A stretch of 64,000 nt of DNA from Heteronotia binoei. Taxonomy: Eukaryota. The first letter of the stretch is position 1. Every line of letters starts with the position of its first letter. The notes under the pieces were generated by a model that was given only the letters and a program-made list of their open reading frames with translations, was not told the DNA's origin and made no database searches. The translations under genes and the position numbers were made by a program. Below, one piece after another: positions 23,677 through 36,599 of this stretch. The stretch is taken from positions 40,238,001 through 40,302,000 of the forward strand of contig NC_083236.1 in assembly GCF_032191835.1 (NCBI RefSeq), written 5' to 3'.

Positions 23677-24142
23677 CAATGTTCCCTCTAAGCTGCAGAG
23701 TCTTGTGAGCAAAAATTCTACTTTGTGAGCTACTGGCATTGAAGTTGTGAGCTACTGGCATTAGCATTGTGAGCGACTATATAAACTAGTGTGCTCTGGG
23801 GTCATCCTTCCTGAGCTAAGACAAAAATATGTGAGCTGGAGGCTAAAAATCTATGCGCTAGCTCACACTAACTCAACCAGTTCCGTAGGGCCTGCAAAAC
23901 TGCCCTCTTCCAAGAAGCCTTTAAGATGTAACCAGAACCAATATTACGCTGCCTGGATAAACAGAGACTGTAGCACCACTGTATTGTTTTAACTTATTCT
24001 TAAAATTAATTTATATTTTGTATTTATATTGTTGATTGATTTTATCTGTTATTGTCGTACCATGATATTGTATCATGCTCTGTAAGCCGCCCTTTGCCTG
24101 CCTTGGCGGGGAGGGCGGGGTATAAATAAAAACTTATTATTG

Positions 24143-24180
<38 letters not shown>

Positions 24181-24207
24181 TATTAACTCACCTTAGAGGG
24201 ATCACTG
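23677..24207. mobile_element. hAT MITE (CAGTGTTCCCTCTAAG TIR family) interrupted by an L2 3' end
   Basis: TIRs CAATGTTCCCTCTAAG / CTTAGAGGGATCACTG; exact 8-bp TSD GTCTTAAC at 23669-23676 and 24208-24215; internal GTGAGCTACTGGCATT repeats. Confidence 0.9.
23876..24183 (+). mobile_element. 5'-truncated L2 3' end with (TAT)n tail
   Basis: TGTAAGCCGCCC...GGGAGGGCGGGGTATAAAT terminus; TSD TAACTCA at 23869-23875 and 24184-24190. Confidence 0.85.
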
Positions 24208-24387
24208 GTCTTAACACCACTTGATTTAAGATTATGGCTGGAGTGAATTTGAGCTAAACTGAGGTTATGCATATACAGGCAGGCTGTAGGGGTCATCCAT
24301 GATTGAAGACTTGTACCAGGGTGAGTGAAAAATAAGTTAATAATTAGAGTTCACAGGATCCTGCAGATATATCTTTAATAAAACCTA

Positions 24388-24648
24388 GACTGATTTCCCA
24401 CTAGCCTTATGTCGCTCTCACACTCCTCTTCTCCATGGGGTTTCCATCAGATTTCACACTATCTGCCCCAGGGCTGCAACTAGCTTTGCAACTAGGACGG
24501 CAAACAGAAACTGGTTTTTAGAGGAGTTTTAGAGGCTTTTTAGAGGAGCTTTAGAGGTGGAGAGAATTGCAGCCCCAGGGCGGATAGTGTGAAAGCCCCA
24601 TGGAGAAGAAAAGAGGGAGAGTGGTATAAGGCTAGTGGGAAATTGGTC
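24388..24648. mobile_element. Harbinger-like MITE, older
   Basis: TIR GACTGATTTCCCACTAGCCTTAT / ATAAGGCTAGTGGGAAATTGGTC; 3-bp TSD CTA; arms stay complementary inward (TTCACACTATCTGCCCCAGGGCTGCAA). Confidence 0.78.
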
Positions 24649-25855
24649 CTAGTTAACCCATATATGTGCCTTACATCTTCATTCAGAAATGAAGGAAAAA
24701 TCATTTTTTTGTGTCTTGGGCTAAGATGCATATTGACCTTTTCTTGTCAACAGTCATGGCAAATGCTTTGTAACCTCCCCCCCACCCCAAAAAAGGGAAG
24801 ATAATCTGAAGTGACACTAGATAAATGTCCTTGTGTTGGCCTCTCTTTCTTTCTGTCAGGGATGAACATTCTGTTCAGGAGCAGTACAGTTTAAGCTTGA
24901 TATTTAAAATGAAAGTTGCCTCTTCTGATGGAACTTGGGGACCCCCTCCATCTTGTCAGCCTGTTTATTATTAGGACATTAATTTTCAAAGGTAAATAGA
25001 AAGCAATCTAAGGAATTGCCAGTTATTTCTGTGACACTGAATGCATTTGTATGGAAGTAAGAGCCCCTTAGCTTGGTCTTACATTCTCTTATAACAAGGG
25101 AAGAATTTCAAAATTTGGAGATTTTATGCTTACCAGAGGGAAATGACAGACTCCAGCTCATGGAAATCAAATGGACATTCTTCCAAATAAATGTGTTTAT
25201 GAATTCAATTTTCAATGTTTACAGATCTTAAATCACAGAATTAAAAAAAATAAAATAACATTTTGTTTCCACAGAGCCAGTGACTTAGTTCACACAAATA
25301 CAACACCATAGTGTCTTTTTAACTATTGTTACTTCATGATATCAGAATTTGGTTTCCAGATACTGCTTTGCCTCAACAAATGCTAGCTTCACCATCTTCA
25401 CTCTTTTTCCACCTTCCACAGAGACCTGAAAGATATCTAGGGTTTTCCAGCTATAGGGTTGCTGGGAGATGCTGGGGTTAGGGACAGTTGCACTGTTTTT
25501 TGTACCAACATGTGATATCACTTCCGGTGCAAAACCAGCATGGATGTCATAACGTTGGGGCAAGGCTTTAGTATTGACTTGAAACACTTTGCCTGAACTA
25601 CAGAATTTTAGTTAACTCCCAAAGTGCTGGCCCAATGTGATTTCCTGTTTTGTGCCAGAAGTGACGTCACCCTTCAGCACATCAGTGAGATCTTTCAATT
25701 CCTCTCCCACTGGCCAGTGATGCAGCAGTGGGGAACAGGAGCTAGTGCTGGAACGTCCCCTTCTGGACCTGGTCCCCTTATTAGCATCACAATCTGCAAT
25801 GGGGATGGGCTAGTTGCACACTGCCCCTCTTTTTCTGCTTCTAAAACCACTCTAA

Positions 25856-25988
25856 NNNNNNNNNNNNNNNNNNNNNNNNNNNNNNNNNNNNNNNNNNNNN
25901 NNNNNNNNNNNNNNNNNNNNNNNNNNNNNNNNNNNNNNNNNNNNNNNNNNNNNNNNNNNNNNNNNNNNNNNNNNNNNNNNNNNNNNNN
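25856..25988. other. Assembly gap (N run)
   Basis: N characters; abuts the 3' tail of the L2. Confidence 1.
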
Positions 25989-27712
25989 CCCACCTCGGCA
26001 GGCTCAGGGCGGCTAACAACATTTTATAAAAACATACAATAGTAGATAAAAACCTTTAGATTTAACAATATAAAACATTAAACTTAATAACATTAAACCA
26101 ATCCAATAAGTACAGTTATTCAGCGGTATAGATCTTCAACCCGCATTGGCGGATCCTTAATTACCGATCTTCTTAGCAGTCCAAGTATGCAAGTTTAAAA
26201 AGGGCAGTCTTGCAGGCCCTGCGGAACTGATCAAGGTTCCGCAGGGCCCGCACCCCCTCGGGGAGTCGGTTCCATAGGGTAGGGGCCGCGATTGAAAATG
26301 CCCGTGCTCTAGTATTCTGATATTTAATCTCCTTCGGCCCAGGGATGGTCATTAGATTTTTCCCGACTGACCTCAGTGCACTCTGGGGTTCATATGGGGA
26401 AAGACGGTCCCTCAGGTAGGCAGGTCCTTGACCATATAAGGCTTTAAAGGTAATGACCAACACTTTGTACTGGACCCGGTATATAATCGGCAGCCGGTGC
26501 AGTTCACGTAGCCCCGGCCGTATATGCTCCCGTTTTGGGAGTCCCAACAACAGCCTGGCCACCGCGTTCTGCACTAGCTGCAGTCTCCGAGTCCGGCACA
26601 GAGGTAGCCCCAAGTAGAGGGCATTACAGTAGTCTAGTCTTGAGGTGACCGTTGTGTGGATCACTGTTGCGAGGTCCCGGCGCTCAAGGAAAGAGGCCAA
26701 CTGCCTTGCCCGCTTCAGATGGAAGAATGCTGACTTGGCAGTGGCTGCTATCTGGGCCTCCATCGACAATGAAGGCTCCAGTAAAACACCCAGGCTCTTT
26801 ACCCGGTGCGCTGGTTTCAATAGCGCACCATCGAAGGCCGGGAGAGCTATTTCCCTTCCCAGAGCGCCGCGACCCACGCAAAGGACCTCTGTCTTCGCTG
26901 GGTTCAACTTCAGCCTACTCAGCCTGAGCCATGTCGCAACAGCCTGTAAGGCCCGGTCGAGATTCCCTGGTACGGGGTCGGGCCAGCCGTCCATTAGTAG
27001 ATAGAGCTGGGTGTCATCTGCATATTGATGGCAACCCAGCCCAAACCGCCGGGCAATCTGGGCAAGGGGGCGCATATAGATGTTGAACAACATCGGGGAG
27101 AGCACTGCTCCCTGAGGCACCCCACAATCCAGTGTGCGCCTCCGGGACCGCTCACCCCCAATAGCCACCCTCTGTCCCCGACCCAGGAGAAAGGAGGAAA
27201 GCCATTGCAAGGCCAACCCCTCAACCCCAATGTCGGCGAGGCGGCGCGTCAGTAGCCGATGGTCGACTGTATCAAATGCAGCCGACAGATCTAACAGCAT
27301 CAGCACCGCAATGCCGCCTCGATCCAGTTGCCGTTGGAGGTCATCCACTAAGGCGACCAACACCGTCTCAGTCCCATGGCCCGGCCGGAAGCCAGACTGA
27401 CATGGGTCTAGGACAGAAGCGTCATCCAGAAACCTCTGAAGCTGCAACGCCACAGCCCTCTCAATAATTTTACCTAAAAACGGTAAATTAGACACCGGAC
27501 GGTAGTTCGCCAATTCGGCCGGGTCTGCTGTAGCTTTTTTTCAAGAGAGGGAGGACCAAGGCCTCTTTCAGAGGTGTTGGAAAATGCCCCTCTAAGAGGG
27601 ACCTGTTTATGATGTCCCGTAAAGGACACCTAAGTTCCCCCTGGCAAGATTTAATCAGCCAAGAGGGGCAAGGGTCCAGATCGCATGTTGTCGGGCGAGC
27701 AGCAGAGAGGAT
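25989..27712 (-). mobile_element. L2-clade LINE, young, 5'-truncated
   Basis: Open 446-aa RT ORF (NYRPVSNLPFLGK, QSGFRPGHGTET, LLDLSAAFDTVDH, GVPQGAVLSP, QYADDTQLY, SRLDYCN); CpG-rich; 3' UTR ends GTTAGCCGCCCTGAGCCTGCC at the gap. Confidence 0.93.
26173..27513 (-). pseudogene. L2 reverse transcriptase ORF (no endonuclease, not autonomous)
   Basis: ORF track 446 aa without stops; apparent 1-nt frameshift in the A7 run near 27535-27541 just upstream. Confidence 0.9.
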
Positions 27713-27776
27713 TATATCATTATATTATATATATAATTATATCATCCATTCAATTTAGTCAAAGATGGATTGCTAA

Positions 27777-27986
27777 TAGGGTTGACAACTCTGGATTAGG
27801 AGATTCCTGGAGTTTTGGAGACAGAGAAGGCAGAGTTTGAGGAGGGAAGGAACCCAGTGGGGAATCAGTTTCACATAATCTACCCACCAAACCTGTCATT
27901 TCTTCCAGGGTAACTAAACTGTAGTTTGGAGAAAAAATGGTAATTCAAGGAGAACCACAGGGCCCACCTAGAGGCTGGCAATCCAA
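27777..27986. mobile_element. hAT-like MITE, TAGGGTTGCCA class
   Basis: TAGGGTTGACAAC...CTGGCAATCCAA ends. Confidence 0.55.
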
Positions 27987-28585
27987 AAAGGAGATTGCAA
28001 TATAACTGAAATCAGTCAAGTTGCATGGACCGTACCACACCAAGTACTGAGCACATACGTTTTTGCAAACAGCCCCAGGAAAGCATTTCCTTTCTTCTAG
28101 GTGTTGTAAATTGAGGTGTTCAAGATAAACAAAGATAGGATAGGATCAATATTAATGCTCAGGGCAAAGAGCAGTTGTTCAGTGACCTTCTTCATAAAAC
28201 ACATTCCTCTGGGGCATTATCAGAGTATATACATTTGAGTAGGCTACATATTTGGAATAAAGCTGGGGGGGGAAATGTTGTCTACCAATTGTCAAGTCTC
28301 TAACAGTCCATCACACTTGTCACCAGATAGCGGTTTCCTAGGAAGATATGTTTATCACTGTAAATTTGATTTTTCAAAAGCTACAACATAATCATCCCCC
28401 CACCCCTGGCAATAGGAACCTTTAACTGTAGCTGAGGTTAATTACCATCAATGGCAATTGATTTTACATTGTTCAACAGCAGAAACCACTCATTCAAAGG
28501 ACTCTTGGGTTAATTACATATTGGGAATGGGCACAAAGTTTTGAAGGTTTGATAGGTTCTTTCTAAATACAACTCTTTAGAGGTA

Positions 28586-28616
<31 letters not shown>

Positions 28617-29256
28617 TGAGCTCCCTTTGGCATCAAGGAGAAGAATTTAATGAACTGTAAACTATCATGAAAAGTGACAGCATCTCTGCTATAAGAAGAG
28701 GAGGTCAGAGAAAGCAAATGGAAACATTTTTTTCTTAGGAATTTTTTTTTTTTAATTTTCAAGTCCAATAAATCAACTGTTTCTGCTTTCAACATTGTGT
28801 TATTCTGGCATTTGTGCATATTCTGTGCTTCAGAACTAACAATAAATTTAAGTTTTAATGTTCTTTACACAAAAGTGTAGGAATCATACTACTTTTCACA
28901 TTAAAAATAATAGATTTATAGCCTACTCTGTCCCACAAAAAAGATTTGCTGTGGAGGATCTACTTTAAGTGCAATGGAAACTAAACCTCAGAACTTCTAC
29001 TGGCTCATCAGACACCTGGTAGCCTTCATGTAAACTGCATGGTGTTAGTGTTGGTGGTGGAAACCACAATTCTAGGCAAAACTTCAGGCTCAAAGGTAAA
29101 GACATTGGTAGAGTTATGCTAATCCTTTTTTTCACTTATGTGACCCATTCAGGACTGCCAAGAGAAGGGGGCTGGGGATTCAAAATTCCCTTGGCCCAGG
29201 CTGTTCTTTTGCTGTCATTATCTTGCCCTGCAAAAGGGGTTCAGAAACATCTAGAA

Positions 29257-30334
29257 CACAGGTGTAAAACATGTGGCCCGGGGGCCAAATTAGGCTCCCA
29301 GAGGGCTGCTATCCGGCCCATGAGCAACTCACTGTCGTCTGCTTCCTTCTCCCTCTCTTGCTTCCTTCTGCATCACAACTTGCTTTGCCAGGCTTGCTCA
29401 ATCACACAGGAGGAACAGAGCAAACCTCCTCCTTTGGGGATGAAGTAGGGGAAGGAGAGATAGATTTGTCAGGCTCTCTCAGTTGCACAGCAGAGCTATG
29501 GAGCCAAGCCTCACTTCCTTCTGTTGGCTGAGGCTCAACAAGCCAGTGAGGTGGATTAGGCTGTGTGTGTTTATCAAGTCAAGTCAGCCTTTATTGGCAT
29601 AAAATATATAGATGTATATATCAGAGCAAATTGTTTTTTTTTAAAAAAAAGATAAAACGGAACGATTGCATACATACACATCAGGAAAAACATAAACATA
29701 AACTATTTCTATGAGATCCTCTGATGTGCCTTTAAAACAGAATAAAGAAACTTAGCCACTTTCTCAGTGACACTAGATGAAGTATCGTTCAAAAGATTAT
29801 AGACCTTAAGTGCATCAGAACAATCAACCATGCTAACTAAAAGAGGATGTAAATACTTGTGACGAAGATCTGTATACAAATTACAATAAAGAAGAATATG
29901 AGTAACTGACTCCACACATTTTTGCATACAGAGACAGTATCTGACTGAGTAGGCTGTCTTGTTAAATCTGCCATAAAGAATGGCAGAAGGCATGACATTG
30001 CATCTGGCAAGGGAAAAAAAGCTCTACGCTGCTGTGGCACCTGCAAGACGGATAGATATGAGGCCATTTTCCCAGTACTAAGAGAGATCTCAAAACTCAG
30101 TGGGGAACAAGTTTTCTTAGTCAGACTGTATAGGTCTTGGCGCTCAATATCTAGCAACCTGTTTTTAATTTGTTGGACTGCAGTGGTGAAGGACAGCATG
30201 TGTTTGTCTGTGTCCTTTATAAAGTTTATATCTCCCCTACCTGGCATTACATTTTATTACACACATCGCCCGGCCCAACAAGGTCACATTTATGTCATAT
30301 CTGGCCCTCATAAAAAACGAGTTCGACACCCCTG
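29257..30334. mobile_element. hAT-Charlie-like MITE interrupted by an RTE-X-like fragment
   Basis: Ends CACAGGTGTAAAAC / GTTCGACACCCCTG; GTGGCCCG and CGGCCC subterminal motifs; left flank ATCTAGAA. Confidence 0.7.
29573..30258 (-). mobile_element. RTE-X-like LINE 3' end with CCHC zinc knuckle and (GACTT)n tail
   Basis: RRAF..PSAILYGRF..CLC..ES..HILLYC motif (ORFs 29837-30247 and 29709-29993); AATAAA followed by GACTTGACTTG. Confidence 0.7.
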
Positions 30335-31892
30335 GTCTCTGGGGATCAGCATTTCCTCTTTTAAACCATTTGTTTGACTTGCAGTTATTGCCAGTGCTCT
30401 TTTACATTGAGAGCCACTTGCTATGTTTTCCAGTTAAGCAATGAGTTAATTATGGATTCTTAGGATTTTTGAACCATTAAGGACTGGTGTTTCTTTCCTC
30501 TAGGTGTGCCAACTTCCCATCAGTGGTGGGCATTTGTCTCTGGCCATATTTACCTGCCCACTGCCACTGATAACCATGGTAAGGAAAAGTGACATTGGAC
30601 TTGGGTGATGCTCTAGGAATCCTCCAAATTTCCATGGTTTCACTATAGAGATGTGGAGAGCTTCTAGAGACTCTACCAGAAGTGACGTCCCTTTGGGACA
30701 GCTCTCTATCCAAAATTCCCCAGGATTGCAGATAGGAAATCTTATTTCCCTCCTTGTGTGTATTTTATTCATCTTTAAATGAGTGAGGGGGACATCCAGA
30801 GGGCATCTTTATTTATAGGGCTGCATTGTTGCTTGCAGCAGTCTTTTGTCTCTCTGTGCGATGTGTGTGGTGGGAATGCACAAACTTCTTTTGATGTTGC
30901 ACTATAAGTGTGTTAAGAGGAACACTAGGAACACTTATTTTCCCTGAATTTCCTCACAAACCCCTCTGAAATTGTGTCCCTAGGACCAGGTACACAGTAT
31001 TACATCTCATTGATTTAAAATAAAGATCAAAACACCTCGATATTCCACTTCTGTTGCAATAAATGGCAGCCCAAGACCTTAATTTCCAGTCATTTATTTC
31101 CTGGATGTCTTTCCCATACAACCTTATATTGGTATCTCTATATAATACTCTAACCTTGTGCCACCATTATGTTTGAACTGTAACAACTCATTTCCAGTTT
31201 CTTTACTATTGCCAAGCAATCCACAACTAAATACCCATTAGATAGAGAACATTGCCACTCTGCTATAATTCACCAGTTGAAATTGGCATGGTGGCAGTTG
31301 CAGAAATTGACTGAAAGGGAACTGGATCCACAAAGCCATTCCATGAATGAAAGGCTCTTTTCAAGATTGTGATAGGCCTTTGGGCAGAATATACGTTTGA
31401 AGATCCCTTTCCACTCAAAGTACTCTGTGCCAATATTATTGTCTGTTGGGGTGGGGTGGGGGGGATGCCAGTATACATATATGTTATATTTAGCCAGTTT
31501 TTGAATTGATTCTCATCCATTTTTCCTTAGTACAGTCCCTTCTCACATGTTTTTGTTCAGCATACCTTTAGAGGTGACCATTCTTTCCTTTCATCCAGCA
31601 AAACAGATGTTTAGTACTAAACCAGATATGCATGTGTGTGTTTTTAAAAATCATTGAAGTATGATATCACAATTTAATACATTGCTGTGTTTCCAGAGAG
31701 AAGGAAGGTACAGTCCAATCTTGTCATATTTTGGAAACTAAACAGTTCAGTATAAGAAGGGAGACCACCCAGGAAGACCTTGCAGAGAAAGGCAACAGCA
31801 AAACCACCTCTGCTTAATCACTTGCCTTGAAAATCTTTTGGGATTGCCATAAATTGACTCTGACTTGACAGAACTTTACACACACACACACA

Positions 31893-32072
31893 CAGGGCTT
31901 TTTTGGTAGCAGAAACTCCTTTGCATATTAGGCCACACACCCCTGATGCAGCCAATCTTCCAAAAGTTTACAGGGCTCTTAGTATAGGCCTACTGTAAAC
32001 TCTTAGAGGATTGGCTACATCAGGGGGTGTGGCTTAATATGCAAAGGAGTTCCTGCTTTGAAAAAAGCCCTG
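31893..32072. mobile_element. Palindromic hAT MITE (CAGGGCTTTTTTT family)
   Basis: Same sequence as 17852-18031; inserted in a (CA)n SINE tail; TSD CACACACA/CACACATG. Confidence 0.88.
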
Positions 32073-33875
32073 CACACATGTTTTCAGGGTGAAAAAAAGT
32101 TGGGATTTTTTAACTAATTATATCTGCCTTCTGAAAATGGGATGCTTGGAGGTTGGATGTCAAGTTAGTGGGATTTTGAAAAGAAAAGTTGCCTCATCAG
32201 GAGAAACAACAAGTATTCTCCACTACTATCAGCTGGGCTATTACTTCCATCATCATCCCACCTTCTAGCCAGACTTTCATCCAAGCTATTGATCCATCTG
32301 GGGATGTAAGTGAAAGGGCCATATATTGATTAAATTTGCTGGTAAATCAGGAAAAGAAAAAACAGACCCCATCCACTGAATTCAATGGTTCAATAAATAG
32401 AGTGTGAACCAAGTTCTAAATACCAAAATTAATTATGGGATTATATTTGCACTGAGCAGTGTGAAGGTCTGGGAAGGAAAAAAGATCTGATCTTTTCAAA
32501 CACTGAAACATATTAATGTCTGCCAGTGTTGATGTGGCCCCCTCTATGTGTGAGGCCCGGGGTCAATTGCCCCCCAAAGATCAACTTGCAAATAACAGTA
32601 CATAAAATGTCCCTTATGAAACAGCCTCTTGCTGCCAAATGCCTTACCTTACATACATAACAAACACTTCACTGAGTCTGTTACTCAGTGGCTCTATTGA
32701 TAATTATCTCTTACATATCTGAGTAAGTTTATGTTCCTGAAATTGTCAGAAATGCCCTGGTAGAATAACGAGCAGGAATTAACACTCTGCTGCACATCCT
32801 AATTAGGATTTAATTAGGAATTTCTTTTAAAAAATGCAGAGTGCATGTTTTTTTGAGAGAACATAATCACTAACTTATTGCTGCCAGGGCTTCCGTGCAC
32901 ATTTTGCAGTGTAAATAACCAATTATAATTGACACTTTAGGTCAAATTTGAGAGTTCAAATTCTGTTTAATTTCACAAAGATGGATTTTTTTTCTTACAA
33001 ACAGCATTCCATTTATCTTAATCCTTTCTTTTTAAAAAAAATCTTGGTAGCAACTTTCCTTACATTACTATCATCACATGGGATAACTGAAAATTCATTT
33101 AGTTGTATTTTGATACATCAAATAAATTATGGAACTCATAATCTCATGCACTCCAAGAATATGTGCTGTTATTTTGACTGGTGCTGTAAAATGAGTTGAA
33201 AGAATAAGCTCTTTCAAACAAACAAAATTGTGTACAGCGCATAATTTACTGCATTTTCCTTGTTCTGGATGTATTTTAAAAAAACACACACAGAAAACTT
33301 GAAAAATTGCCGGCTAGCATGTATTACCCCATGAACACTTCCCAATGCTTTATTCATTGCAATAATGCTCACTAGTTAATCTATACTGCATGGTGTTTAG
33401 GGCAGTGAAGCCTCTGATGATCACTGGCTGAGCTGGTGTGAGGTACAGAATGTTCACAAGTATTTCAATGGCTCAGTGAACAAAGTTGTCAGAATGCTTA
33501 CAGCTGAGCTTCTGTGAGAGAAGTGGAAATTGGATCTCTTGCTAGGATTAAAACCTCATATGGAATGCAGACCCTTGACTTTTGGGAACAAAGGAAGAAA
33601 AGACACTAACGAATAAAACCATGTTCAGTTTCCTCCTAATAAAGAAGAAGGCTGCCGGGACTGTGAGGCAGGGATGTTCCACCAGGCTTTTCTTTGAGGA
33701 CAACAACCATTTTCTGTTGTAGCTGCACTGTCTCCCTTTCTCCCTCCCTCTAATTCTGATATTGTGCTTCCTCTTTCCCTGCCCATAAAATGACCTGGCA
33801 GTCCAGAATTGGGATGTAATTTCTAGGGAGGCCATCTTGGACTTTTTTTTTTACTTGGTCTTTAAAAACTTTCTT

Positions 33876-34136
33876 GAGAGCCAGTTTGGTATACTGGATA
33901 AGTGTGTACACTCTTATCTGGGAGAATCAGGTTTGATTCCCCACTCCACCACTTACACCTGCTGGAATGGCCTTGGGTCAGCCTTGAAAGGGCAGCTTCT
34001 GGGAGAGCTCTCTCAGCCCCACCCACCTCACAGGGTGTCTGTTGTGGGAGAGGAAGGTAAAGGAGATTGTTAGCCACTCAGAGATTCAGAGATTCAGAGT
34101 GAGAGGCAGGTTATAAATCCATTATCATCATCATCA
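33876..34136 (+). mobile_element. Squam3-like SINE
   Basis: Homologous to 7639-7918 with an internal deletion; (TCA)n tail. Confidence 0.85.
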
Positions 34137-34289
34137 TTAACAAATAGCAGAAGAAGAACAGCAGCAGTAGCATCAATAGCAACAGCAATAGCAACAGCAG
34201 GTTGCTTAATCATGGGGCTACCATTGAAAAGGCCCTGTCTTGTGTACCCACTAGACAAGTTTATTTGGTTAATGGATGGTCAAGAGGCA

Positions 34290-34570
34290 CTCTCCCTGTG
34301 ATCATAGTTCCCAGGCAGGAATGTATAGGAGAAGGTGATCCTTCAGAAACCCCAGGCCCAAGTCATGGTCAAAACTGACACCTTGAACTGAGTTTGTGTA
34401 ATGCCAGTGTAATTGCTTTAGGATTGGGGTCATATGACGACAGTGACTGGCCCCAACAAGTAGTCTAGCTGCAGTATTCTGCACTAGCTGCAATCTCTTC
34501 AGCCTTTTTTCATCTAATTTTTCCTGAGCTATGTTAATTGGTGGCCAGTCTGTTTTCATTGGCAAGATCT
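34290..34570 (-). mobile_element. L2 RT C-terminal fragment, degenerate
   Basis: KRLQLVQNTAARLLVGASHCRHMTPILKQLHW (ORF 34302-34565). Confidence 0.8.
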
Positions 34571-35011
34571 TTGCACATGCATGGTTTTGCTAACTACAAC
34601 AAATGCACAGGTCTGCTCTGTGGACATTCATGTCAGTTGGTGCTGAACCAAAAAGTCTTGATGATCAACCCACTTCTGAACACACATTGAGCATTGTAAA
34701 TTAAACGATCACATGTTTGCCATGAAATTCTAGGCATTTCTGGAAATAACAAGAAACAAAACCTGAGATTTCCAAGAAACAGAATAGATAACTAATGTTT
34801 GACTTTCTGGTTCTGTGTCTAAAGAACCTGAGCATATTCCTTGGTTCCTCATCCCAGAGTTGCTCTGCCTTCTGTGTCACCTTCTGTGTCATCCCAGAGT
34901 TCCTCTGCCTTCTGTATCATCTGTAGATGACCTGAGACAAATTATGCTACAGTTAGGAACTTCTAAAACTTTACTTGGAATCCATTATCAGTAACGTAAC
35001 TCTGATTAGAC

Positions 35012-35230
35012 TCAGTGTGGCATAGTGGTTGGACTGGGACATGGGGGACCCAGGTTTGAATCCCCACTTTGCCATAAAAGCTCACTGGGTGACCTTGGGT
35101 CAATCACACACTCTCAATCTAAGCCACTTCACAGGTTTGTTGTGAAGATAAAATGGAGGAGAGAACAATGTAAGCTGCACAGGGTCTCTATTTGGGAGAA
35201 AGGAGGGGTGTAAATGAAGCAAATAAAAAT
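35012..35230 (+). mobile_element. Short tRNA-CORE-type SINE (short Squam3 or MIR-like), old
   Basis: GTGGCATAGTGG..GGTTTGAATCCC..CTGGGTGACCTTGGG..GTTGTGAAGATAAAATG. Confidence 0.65.
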
Positions 35231-35404
35231 AGCAAGACAAATTGCTCTTGGGGGAACAAACTCCCCCCCCCTTTTTCATCTCCCTTACCCTACTCACAAT
35301 TAAATTGTAAGCAGACTTGCACCCTTGTAAGCCTCTTGAATCAGTGGATTTAGAAGGATGCAACTCTGTACAGAATTGCATTGTTGATCTCTCCCATTCA
35401 GTAT

Positions 35405-35600
35405 TAGCTGGGTGGTGGAAAATGCCATCAAGTCACAGCCAATTTATGGTGACCCTATAGGATTTTCAAGATGAACGATGCTCAGAAGTTTGCCTGCCCT
35501 GGTATTCTTTGGTGGTTCGCCATCAGGTGCTACCCTGCTTAGCTTCTGAGATCTGATGAGATCTGGCCTGCTTGGGACATCCAGGGAAGGGCCAGGGTAT
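35405..35600 (-). mobile_element. 5S-derived SINE
   Basis: Antisense 5S-like CTTAGCTTCTGAGATCTGATGAGATC plus CCATCAAGTCACAGCC..TTATGGTGACCC tail. Confidence 0.7.
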
Positions 35601-35635
35601 TTTACATAGCTTAAATTAAACATATCATCTATGGT

Positions 35636-35803
35636 CAGGGGTGGAATTCTAGCAGGAGCGCCTTTGCATATTAGGCCACACACCCCTGATGTAACCAATC
35701 CTCCAAGAGCTTACAAAAAAGCCTTGCAAACTCTTGGAGGATTGGCTACATCAGGGAGGTGTGACCTAATATGCAAAGGAGCCCCTGCTAAAATTCCACC
35801 CTG
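35636..35803. mobile_element. hAT MITE with the same palindromic interior as the CAGGGCTTTTTTT family but CAGGGGTGGAATT termini
   Basis: TIR CAGGGGTGGAATTCTAGCAGG / CCTGCTAAAATTCCACCCTG; degenerate 8-bp TSD TCTATGGT/TTTATGAT. Confidence 0.85.
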
Positions 35804-36599
35804 TTTATGATTAATCACCTCCACCCTTTCCCCTCTTCAGTCTCATTGAGAAGGAGATACTCTTCTATCTAGTATTTATGAAGTCCCCTTCTCCTTGGTT
35901 TCTCAAATAACACCTAAAGATGCCTCTCAAAATGCGACTCCTCCTCCTCTCCCTTTCCAGTTGTTTGTATCTGCACACTGCACTTGAACACGTCAGACTT
36001 CTTGTTATTTAATTTATTTATTTTATTGGATTTATATCCTGCCCTCCCCGCCGAAGCAGGCTCAGGGCCTGGCTTCTTTTATTGTTTTTTTTTTATTATT
36101 TTGCACAACTCTCATTTGTAAGTGCAATGTAAATAATAAATAGTATTAAATATGATTACTTCCTGCCTTCACTTGCTGCCTTCTACCACACTTTACTGAG
36201 TGACTGGATCTTTTTTTACTTTATTGATTGTGTATTTTTGACTCTCTTTCTTTCCTCAGGGATATACTTTTTTTTAAAAAAAAAAAATAAAGCTCCTTTA
36301 CTACTCTTTTTTTCAACTTTGCTTCTCTTTCCACTTATAACATCAAAAAGCTCTCTAAATGTACTTGTACAACTTGGTTCAGCATGAAAGCATGACAATA
36401 ACTCCCCTCTGGGACTTTCTACTCTGCCTCCTCTGCCTCACTGATTTCAGCAGACATATATGATATTCACCCATCAAACAAATGCTGGGGAGAAAGCTGA
36501 ATTTCCCTTTCAGTGGGCTACTTTTCTTTGCTTACTTATTTCTCACACTCCACCAACAATTTATGTCCAGAAAGAAGAAGAGATTCTGTGAACTTAGAT

